A stretch of 27,037 nucleotides of DNA from Polyangia bacterium (GTDB lineage Bacteria > Myxococcota_A > Polyangia > JAAYKL01): NCBI GenBank assembly GCA_050287845.1, contig JBNKCR010000059.1, positions 1-27,037 on the forward strand, written 5' to 3'. A model generated the notes under the pieces. It saw only the letters and a program-made list of their open reading frames with translations. It was not told the origin of the DNA and did not search any database. The translations under genes and the position numbers were made by a program. Numbering within the stretch: the first letter of the stretch is position 1; each line of letters begins with the position of its first letter. Shown piece by piece: positions 8,682-16,293 of this stretch.

Positions 8682-9571
8682 CCATTTTGCTCAACAAGAA
8701 AACCAGGGTGTGCGTTCAGGGGATTACCGGCGGTGCGGGGGCGGTGCACACGCGGCGGATGCTGGAGTCCGGCACCAATATTGTGGCCGGGGTGACACCG
8801 GGAAAAGGGGGAGCGATGTTCGATGAGCGAATTCCCGTTTTTGACACGGTGGTCCGCGCCAGAGAGCAGACCGGCGCCAATGCCGCTGTTATCTTTGTTC
8901 CTGCGGCGTTCGCGGCAGATACCATTATGGATGCGGCCTATGCGGGGGTGGAGCTGGTGGTGTGTATCACCGAAGGCATTCCCGCAGTGGACATGGTGAA
9001 GGTGCGGTCCTTTATCCAGCAGACCGGTACCCGGCTCATCGGTCCCAATTGCCCCGGGCTCATTGCGCCCACCGTTCGACAGAATCTGGGAATCATACCG
9101 GCCCATATCGCGTTGTCCGGCCGGGTAGGGGTCATTTCCCGATCCGGTACACTGACCTATGAAGCCATGTCCCAGTTGACGGCGCTGGGCATTGGACAGT
9201 CCACCTGTATCGGCATTGGCGGCGATCCCATTGGTGGGATGGATTTTGTGGATTGTCTCAAACTGTTCGAAGAAGACGCCGACACCGACGCCGTGGTGAT
9301 GATTGGCGAAATCGGCGGGGTGGCGGAAGAGGAAGCCGCGGAATTCATTTCATCTGAAATGGAAAAACCCGTGGTGGCGTTCATTGCCGGCACCAGCGCG
9401 CCACCCGGAAAGCGAATGGGCCATGCGGGCGCCATCATCTCCGGCGGTCGCGGTACGGCCAGCGTTAAAATTCAGGCCCTCGAAAAAGCCGGTGTCGCCG
9501 TAGCCGCATCTCCGGCGCGAATCGGTGAAGCCCTGAAAGCCGCCGCCGGTGTATCTGTCAGTCCGCGGTAA
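8678..9571 (+). CDS. sucD: Succinyl-CoA synthetase alpha subunit
   Basis: [31 protein letters not shown] and the phospho-His motif [15 protein letters not shown] overlap with sucC. Confidence 0.98.
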   Translation: MTILLNKKTRVCVQGITGGAGAVHTRRMLESGTNIVAGVTPGKGGAMFDERIPVFDTVVRAREQTGANAAVIFVPAAFAADTIMDAAYAGVELVVCITEGIPAVDMVKVRSFIQQTGTRLIGPNCPGLIAPTVRQNLGIIPAHIALSGRVGVISRSGTLTYEAMSQLTALGIGQSTCIGIGGDPIGGMDFVDCLKLFEEDADTDAVVMIGEIGGVAEEEAAEFISSEMEKPVVAFIAGTSAPPGKRMGHAGAIISGGRGTASVKIQALEKAGVAVAASPARIGEALKAAAGVSVSPR

Positions 9572-9751
9572 ATCCGAATGGCTCTGCAAATAAGATTATT
9601 GTACGTTTGCAGAATAATCCGCCCGAATTGCCCTATCAAATGACTTCCAGTAGTGATAATTGTTGGCGCATTTGATGGTTTCGAATTATCTGGCAATGAC
9701 AGCGGGGCGATAATCAGTGATTTTGGGTTCTTGAATGCATGGAGTACACGG

Positions 9752-11479
9752 ATGATATATCGAGTTCTGGGTTTCGGGGCAGTATTTCTATTTATGGCGG
9801 CGATGGGATGTTCCGGTGGCGGCAACAATACGGATGACAGTGCGGCATCGGACAGCGACACCGATACGGACAGCGACACCGATACGGACAGCGACACCGA
9901 TACGGGCAGCGACACCGACACGGACAGCGACACCGACACGGACAGTGACACCGACACGGACAGTGACACCGACACGGACAGTGACACCGACAGTGATACG
10001 GACAGCGACAGCGATACGGACAGCGACAGCGATACAGACGCGGACACCGATACGGACAGCGACACCGATACGGACAGCGACACCGACACCGACAGCGACA
10101 CCGACAGTGATACCGACAGTGACACCGGTACGGACAGCGACACCGGTACGGACAGCGACAGTGATGCCGATACAGATAGCGAAACCAATGTCGCGGCGAC
10201 GCCCAATGCGGAAAAAGATATAGAGGGGCAGATGACCTATTCGGGCCTCTCCGTGGTGTCCTACGGTGGATATCTCAACGGCGAAGCGTTTCAGCAGGAT
10301 GGGATATTGTCGTGGAACGGGTATCAGTACACGGCATTCTGGAATACCAATCGCAATGTGGTGATGGCCCGTCGCCAGCTGCCGGACGGGGAATGGGAGA
10401 AATTTGATTTCACCGACTACACCAACACGGCCAATGATGCCCACAATACCATATCCCTTGGGATCTGTCCCGGAGACGGCACCCTGCATCTGGCGTTTGA
10501 TCACCATGGCGATTCGCTTCATTACCGGCATTCGGTGGCCAATCTGATTACAGACCCGGAGAATGTGGCTTTTGCAGCGGCCAGCTTTACCGGGGTGTCC
10601 AACAGTCTGGTGACTGGCCAGCGGATTTCCGAGGTTACATATCCCCGCTTTGTCACTGAGCCGGATGGCGACAGAATGCTGCTCGATATGCGCCTGGGGG
10701 CCAGCGGCAGCGGGAACGAGGCCATCTGGGAATACCGTGCGCAAACCGGAGAGTGGACGTCCCTGGGCGTATTCATTGATGGCATCACCGACAATGTGAA
10801 CGCCTATCTCCACGGCATTTCGTACACCCCCGGCGGTACCCGATTGCATGCTGCCTGGTGCTGGCGGGAAACGCCGGACGCCCAGACCAATTACGATTTG
10901 TATTACGCGTACAGTGATGACAACGGTCAAACCTGGAAAAACAACAGTGGAGAAGAAGTGGCCGCAGCCGGCCAGCAATACATCCGGACCACCAACACCT
11001 CTGTCAGAGTCTGGGAGATTCACCAGAATCGCGGTCTGATTAATCAGGAGCATATGACGGTGGATGTCGCCGGACGGGTACACGTGTTGCTGGCCCATAT
11101 GCCGGATGGGGAACCCGACGATGCCGATTTCACCCGATCCCGCACCAAAAGTGAGTATTTTCATTATTGGCGGGACGAAAGCGGGCAATGGCATCGGGAG
11201 AGTATTGACGGTCAGAAATCCATTCTGAATTTCCGGGGCAAGCTGGCCGTGTCCTCGTCGGGCAACGTGTATGCGATATTGCCCGGTCTGCGCATTGCCG
11301 GCGCGTCCGACGAGAATTCGTTTTCAGACTGGCGGCTGCTGTACACCGACACCGACCACCCCTATTTCTCCGATCCGCTGATTGACTCTTTCCGACTGCA
11401 GCGCGAAGACAAGCTCACCATCATTTACCCCGAAGAATCCTCGGTCAACATCTGGGGGCTGGAATACACCATCGATTGA
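9752..11479 (+). CDS. Lipoprotein with Asp-Ser/Thr repeat stalk and BNR_4-like beta-propeller (possible polysaccharide-active enzyme)
   Basis: GGAG RBS at 9741; signal MIYRVLGFGAVFLFMAAMGC; motifs DAHNTISLGI..DGTLHLAFDHH and TYPRF; Asp-box YAYSDDNGQTW. Confidence 0.8.
   Translation: MIYRVLGFGAVFLFMAAMGCSGGGNNTDDSAASDSDTDTDSDTDTDSDTDTGSDTDTDSDTDTDSDTDTDSDTDTDSDTDSDTDSDSDTDSDSDTDADTDTDSDTDTDSDTDTDSDTDSDTDSDTGTDSDTGTDSDSDADTDSETNVAATPNAEKDIEGQMTYSGLSVVSYGGYLNGEAFQQDGILSWNGYQYTAFWNTNRNVVMARRQLPDGEWEKFDFTDYTNTANDAHNTISLGICPGDGTLHLAFDHHGDSLHYRHSVANLITDPENVAFAAASFTGVSNSLVTGQRISEVTYPRFVTEPDGDRMLLDMRLGASGSGNEAIWEYRAQTGEWTSLGVFIDGITDNVNAYLHGISYTPGGTRLHAAWCWRETPDAQTNYDLYYAYSDDNGQTWKNNSGEEVAAAGQQYIRTTNTSVRVWEIHQNRGLINQEHMTVDVAGRVHVLLAHMPDGEPDDADFTRSRTKSEYFHYWRDESGQWHRESIDGQKSILNFRGKLAVSSSGNVYAILPGLRIAGASDENSFSDWRLLYTDTDHPYFSDPLIDSFRLQREDKLTIIYPEESSVNIWGLEYTID
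9851..10180 (+). repeat. Coding minisatellite (GACAGCGACACCGATACG-type 12/18-bp units) encoding about 110 aa of DSDTDT
   Basis: Directly visible degenerate tandem repeat, in frame. Confidence 0.95.
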
Positions 11480-11553
11480 GTTTCCCCGGGAATGCGGCGC
11501 CCCGGCTCCGTATGACTGACGCGCTGGAACTGACGATAATGTGATGATCCGGT

Positions 11554-12837
11554 CTACCAGTGGGCGGATTTGTTCGCGTCGGATTCTCTGGCGCCCATGG
11601 CGCGGCGGGCGATTCGGGAGGGTTCGATGACAATGGCGCTGCCCGGGGCGTCAACGGAGGAAAAGGAGAGCATTTTTCGCAGATACATTTTGCTCAGCAT
11701 AATCCCTTCGGGCAACACGGGAAGATTGGGACTTTTGGGGGCATAGAATGGCTGGTCGAGAATGTCGAATTCCTGTACTTCCCTGACGCTCTTGGTTCTG
11801 GGGGGCGCTTCGGTGACGATGATGGTGAACAGAGCTTTGAATTCACCGATGGTCACCTCGCATTTTTCAAAGTTTCCCGAAATGGTTTTGGGCAATCCCA
11901 CGCCATGGGCCGAAAGCACCACCGGCTGGGTCAGGGTAACGGAAGGCACCCCTTCTCTGGCGAATGTGCTTTTCAGGGCGCCCTGCACGATGTTGAGCAT
12001 TTCTCCCATGGCGTCGTTGAGCTCATCGGCGGTCTGCGCTTCCACATCGAGCATTCCCTTGTACAGTTCCCGGGCGGAGTAATCGTTCATTTCAACTTTA
12101 ATATCAATCCAGTACCTGTGGTTCATCAGATACATGGGGGTCCAGATGAGATGAACGAGATCCTGGGCCAGCGACAAGCCCCTGGGCACGGTGGCAGTGG
12201 CTGGACCGCAGCCCAGCTGGCTGAACACGTTGGCAATGGTACCATGCAGGTTTCCAAAGGCATTGATATTGATGATGTCCTTGCTGAAGTTCAGTTTCCG
12301 TATGGGCACATGCGCTATTTCATGGGGGGCGAGTTCAGGCGCCCCCTGCTCCTGGCTCTTACCGGGCGAGAGCCTGGAGACCACTTCCCGCAACAGGTCG
12401 TGCCGCCGCAATACGGTTTCCAAATCCTGGATATGTTTCTGCAGGGTCAACTGAAGCTCGATGGTTCTTTCTGCGATGCGCATGCGGACGTTCAGGTCAT
12501 TGCGGTGCCATTTTTCCATCAGGTAGTCGTCGGCGCCCGCATCGGCGGCCTGGAGCAACAGCTCCGGATTGTTGGCCTCACAAATCAGGATTTTGTAGGG
12601 ATTCACCCGTCCTTTGTCGTTTTCGCTGCGTTTGCGGATTTCAGCACACAGCTCCACGCCCGGGATGCCTTCCAGATCCCAGGCGAACAGTGCGACATTG
12701 GGGGGCGAATCAGATGTCAGAATCTGCAGGGCCTCCTGTCCGCTCTGGGCTTCCACTGTTTCATATCCCAATGTTTTTAATTCTGAAACGAGGCCCGCCC
12801 GAAACCGACTGTTGCTGTCTGCTGCAAGTACTTTCAT
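11554..12837 (-). CDS. Atypical response-regulator receiver domain fused to a CheX/CheC-like domain
   Basis: N-terminal REC fold (KVLAAD...EAQSGQEAL...GVELC...AGADDYL), a coiled-coil linker, then DAMGEMLNIVQG (ExxN). GGAGG RBS upstream. Confidence 0.75.
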   Translation of the reverse strand: MKVLAADSNSRFRAGLVSELKTLGYETVEAQSGQEALQILTSDSPPNVALFAWDLEGIPGVELCAEIRKRSENDKGRVNPYKILICEANNPELLLQAADAGADDYLMEKWHRNDLNVRMRIAERTIELQLTLQKHIQDLETVLRRHDLLREVVSRLSPGKSQEQGAPELAPHEIAHVPIRKLNFSKDIININAFGNLHGTIANVFSQLGCGPATATVPRGLSLAQDLVHLIWTPMYLMNHRYWIDIKVEMNDYSARELYKGMLDVEAQTADELNDAMGEMLNIVQGALKSTFAREGVPSVTLTQPVVLSAHGVGLPKTISGNFEKCEVTIGEFKALFTIIVTEAPPRTKSVREVQEFDILDQPFYAPKSPNLPVLPEGIMLSKMYLRKMLSFSSVDAPGSAIVIEPSRIARRAMGARESDANKSAHW

Positions 12838-12955
12838 ATTTGTTCCTCCAATAAAAACGCGGTGCGCACATTTTAGCTAAACGGCCCGGTTTCGATTGAC
12901 TGAAGGGGGACACAGGGGGGAATGTGATTGTTTTTTTGAAAGCCAATCCGCGGCG

Positions 12956-14293
12956 CTATTTCTTCGGGGGCATTCTGATGAATCCTTCCCGCTGCCGCAT
13001 TTCCATTTCAGAACGGGCTCTGCGAATCTGCGCCTCGGCCATTTCATATGCTTTTTCTGGAGAAAGCCGGATTTCCGCAATGCCCTGCTCAATGGCTTTC
13101 TGGCCCACGGCCACGGCTTCTCTGGGGAAAACCTCCCACATATCCATTGTGGGGAGCAGCGCATCTTCTCTCAAGCCGTTGTCTTCGGCCACCTTTGCCA
13201 GCTCCCGGGCGGCCGCAATACACATTTCGTCGGTGATGGTGGCGGCCCGGACATCCAGCGTACCGCGGAAAATACCGGGAAACCCGAGGGAATTGTTCAC
13301 CTGGTTCGGAAAATCGCTGCGACCGGTGGCCACAATCCTGGCGCCGGCGCGTCTGGCTTCCCAGGGCCAGATTTCGGGAACCGGGTTGGCGCATACGAAC
13401 ACAATGGCGTCCCGGTTCATGGACCGAATCCATTCCGGTTTCACCGTATGCGGGCCGGGAGCGGAAAGGGCGATCATGACATCGGTGCCGGCAAACGCCA
13501 CTTCGGGGCCGCCCCTGCGCTGTTCCGCGTTGGTCATGTCGGCCAGCGCATTCAGCCACGGATTGGTTTTGAGGTCTTCGCGGCCCCGGTACACCAGCCC
13601 TTCAATATCGCACAGGTAAATATTCCCCGGATCGACACCCGCAGCGGCCAGCATGTGGGCGATGCGCTGATTGGCTGCTCCGGCGCCCAGCATACCGATT
13701 CTGACTTTTTCCATGGGTTTGTTCACAATTTTGAGGGCGTTGATGAGCCCGGCCAGGGTGACGGCGGCGGTCCCCTGCTGATCGTCGTGCCACACCGGAA
13801 TCCGGGCATCCGCGCGCAGGGTATCGAGAATGGTGAAGCACCCGGGGCTGGCGATGTCCTCCAGATTGATGCCGCCGAATGTGGGCTGGATCATTTTGAC
13901 AAACTGAATCATCTCCTCAGGCGTATGGGCGTCAATGCACAGGGGCATGGCATCCACTCCCCCCAGGTATTTGAACAGCAGCGCTTTGCCTTCCATCACC
14001 GGCAACCCCGCTTCGGGGCCAATATCGCCCAGTCCCAGCACCCGGGAGCCGTCTGAAACGATGGCAATCATGTTGCCCTTGGCGGTGTGTTCGAACACCC
14101 GTTCCGGATGCCGGTGAATGTCTTTGCAGGGCGCCGCAACGCCGGGGGTGTACCAGATGGCAAAGTCATTGAGATCACGGATGCAGCTTTTGGGAACAAT
14201 TTCAATCTTTCCTTTGTAAAACGGATGCAGCTCAAGGGCATCTCTGGCGGGTTCTTCTGCTTTTCGGGCGAGTTCTTCATCGGTGATTTTCAT
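12956..14293 (-). CDS. NAD(P)-dependent malic enzyme (short form, no phosphotransacetylase domain)
   Basis: WYTPGVAAPC, DGSRVLGLGDIG, PVMEGKALLFK, GINLEDI, HDDQQGTA, GAGAA, ATGRSDFPNQVNN. Confidence 0.96.
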   Translation of the reverse strand: MKITDEELARKAEEPARDALELHPFYKGKIEIVPKSCIRDLNDFAIWYTPGVAAPCKDIHRHPERVFEHTAKGNMIAIVSDGSRVLGLGDIGPEAGLPVMEGKALLFKYLGGVDAMPLCIDAHTPEEMIQFVKMIQPTFGGINLEDIASPGCFTILDTLRADARIPVWHDDQQGTAAVTLAGLINALKIVNKPMEKVRIGMLGAGAANQRIAHMLAAAGVDPGNIYLCDIEGLVYRGREDLKTNPWLNALADMTNAEQRRGGPEVAFAGTDVMIALSAPGPHTVKPEWIRSMNRDAIVFVCANPVPEIWPWEARRAGARIVATGRSDFPNQVNNSLGFPGIFRGTLDVRAATITDEMCIAAARELAKVAEDNGLREDALLPTMDMWEVFPREAVAVGQKAIEQGIAEIRLSPEKAYEMAEAQIRRARSEMEMRQREGFIRMPPKK

Positions 14294-14333
14294 GTGATCT
14301 CAATGCTTTCTCCAAAATGGGCCTCTGGTAAAA

Positions 14334-14627
14334 TCAGTTGGCTTCACGGGGCTTGCGGCGGTTTTCCGGCGGCACGTATTCTTCCGGATTGGATTTAAAT
14401 GCCTGCCGATGGTCTTCGAGATAGAAATAATAGGTTTTTCCATGATAGGTTTCACTGCCAATGCTCTCGTTGTCCTTGAAACGAAGACCGCATACCGGAC
14501 ATTCCACCGCTTTCCCCGTGGCGGGTGGTGGGTCCGCCCGATTATCGGCGGTGGATTTTCCGCAGGCGGACACGGCGCCGGCCAGCCAGAGCGCGACCAT
14601 GGGATAAATCAGAAATTGCTTCAACAT
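14334..14627 (-). CDS. YHS-domain lipoprotein, 97 aa
   Basis: Start chosen at MLKQFLIY with AGGGG upstream; lipobox AVSAC; CPVCG...YHGKTYYF...FKSNPEEY. Confidence 0.8.
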   Translation of the reverse strand: MLKQFLIYPMVALWLAGAVSACGKSTADNRADPPPATGKAVECPVCGLRFKDNESIGSETYHGKTYYFYLEDHRQAFKSNPEEYVPPENRRKPREAN

Positions 14628-14760
14628 ACTCGCCCCTGTGCGAATTGTTTCTGAACTATTGATAACTAAATGAAATTCTGGCAATTTCTTTGCGAAATGC
14701 AAGGACAGATAAACGATTGAACAGTTTTGGGCACGAAAAACAGCTGACGGTATCACTATT

Positions 14761-16248
14761 TTGAAAGAAGAGAAAAACAGTTCTACAGGCAATGCGTTGA
14801 AACAATGGCATCAGAATCATCCAATTCTGGCAGATGGGATATTGCTTTTCATTCTGTTGTTCCTGGGCGCCGCATCGGCGCTGACAGTGTATTGGGCCGC
14901 CCCTGGCAGAACGGAGCCCCTCCGCACCATCACGGTGGACGGCGTGAAGATTCCGGTGGGCCCAAAAGGGGAACAGAAAATCATTCAGCTGGCGCGGAAA
15001 AAAATTTCCGGGGACGTACTCCTCAAGGGGGGCGGCATTACCCATCGCACCACCTGGGCGGGGTTAGGGGCACGGGCGGAACATGCGCCCATTGTGCGGG
15101 TCCTCAGGGAACTCGCCCACAATGACAGTGCGGCCAGTCAGTATTATGCGGCCAATGGGTCAGGCCCGATTGAACTTGAAATTCCGGTTTCGCTGGACAG
15201 CGAAATGGCGGTGGAAGCGCTGGTGGCCATCCGGGAAAAGCTGAACCGCCCCGCTGTGAACGCCCGGTTTGACTTTGCCGCAGACGAGGTGGTTCCCGAG
15301 AAAAAAGGCCGCTCGCTCGACGTGTACAATACACTGGAACGGATGGATGCGGCACTGCGAGCCGGCAAGAGCGAGGTTGAGATGAATGTGGCCAGTGTGG
15401 CCCCCGGCGTGAGTGCGGAGAAACTGCTGAACATTGATGTGGATTCGGTGGCCGGATTTTTCGAAACGCCGTATTCGCGCATGTCAAAAGATGCCGATCG
15501 CACCTACAACGTCAAGCTGGGGGCGTCCATTCTCGATGGGCACGTCATCATGCCCGGAGAGCTGTTTTCCTTCAATGATACGGTTGGCGATCGCTCCCAG
15601 GCCCGGGGATTCCGGTACGCGCCGGTCATTGCCGGCGGCAAGATTGTGGAAGGGATGGGGGGCGGTACCTGTCAGGTGGCCTCCACTCTCTATGCAGCGG
15701 CATTTTTTGCGGGGTTGACCATTGAGGAGCGGGTGCCCCATTCCAGACCCAGTTCATACATCAAACTCGGGCTGGACGCCACGGTGAGTTATCCGTCCAA
15801 AGACCTGAAAATACGCAATCCACTCGAATATCCGGTGGTAATTCATTTTCAGGTGACCGACGGTGTTGCGCGGGTGGAAATTCGCGCTAAAGAAAGACCG
15901 TTCACTGTTTCACTTTTACGAAGAGTAATTGGTACAACCCCCTATCCGGTGCGCATCGTGGATGACGCGGATGTACCGGCAGGTAACGAAGTGGTGACGC
16001 AGCGTGGGGTGCCGGGATATCGGGTCAGCCGGTATCGGATTATTGAGCGCGACAAGGTTGCCTATCGGTTTCAATCGTTTGATAAATACCCGCCCACTGT
16101 GGAGTTTGTGCACAAAGGAACGGGACGTCCGGGGCAGATGGACCCCGGCAAGGCCCCCAAACCCGACATGCACAAAGCATATCGTGCGTCGCCGTCTCTG
16201 AGAATGGTACAGGGATTGGACTTATGGTATGAAAAAACACATAATTGA
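14761..16248 (+). CDS. VanW-family protein (N-terminal TM helix, probable PG-binding region, VanW domain, G5-like tail)
   Basis: RTYNVKL, PGELFSFNDTVG, GGGTCQVASTLY, HSRPSSYIKLGLDATV, DLKIRN; TTG start. Confidence 0.88.
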   Translation: MKEEKNSSTGNALKQWHQNHPILADGILLFILLFLGAASALTVYWAAPGRTEPLRTITVDGVKIPVGPKGEQKIIQLARKKISGDVLLKGGGITHRTTWAGLGARAEHAPIVRVLRELAHNDSAASQYYAANGSGPIELEIPVSLDSEMAVEALVAIREKLNRPAVNARFDFAADEVVPEKKGRSLDVYNTLERMDAALRAGKSEVEMNVASVAPGVSAEKLLNIDVDSVAGFFETPYSRMSKDADRTYNVKLGASILDGHVIMPGELFSFNDTVGDRSQARGFRYAPVIAGGKIVEGMGGGTCQVASTLYAAAFFAGLTIEERVPHSRPSSYIKLGLDATVSYPSKDLKIRNPLEYPVVIHFQVTDGVARVEIRAKERPFTVSLLRRVIGTTPYPVRIVDDADVPAGNEVVTQRGVPGYRVSRYRIIERDKVAYRFQSFDKYPPTVEFVHKGTGRPGQMDPGKAPKPDMHKAYRASPSLRMVQGLDLWYEKTHN

Positions 16249-16293
16249 CCCATCGCACGTTCTGATTCCGGCATCTGTGGAAGGATTCTGTTT

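Noticed and set aside
14761..16248. Vancomycin resistance locus
   Set aside because: VanW-domain proteins are widespread, and no vanHAX/vanRS genes are present.
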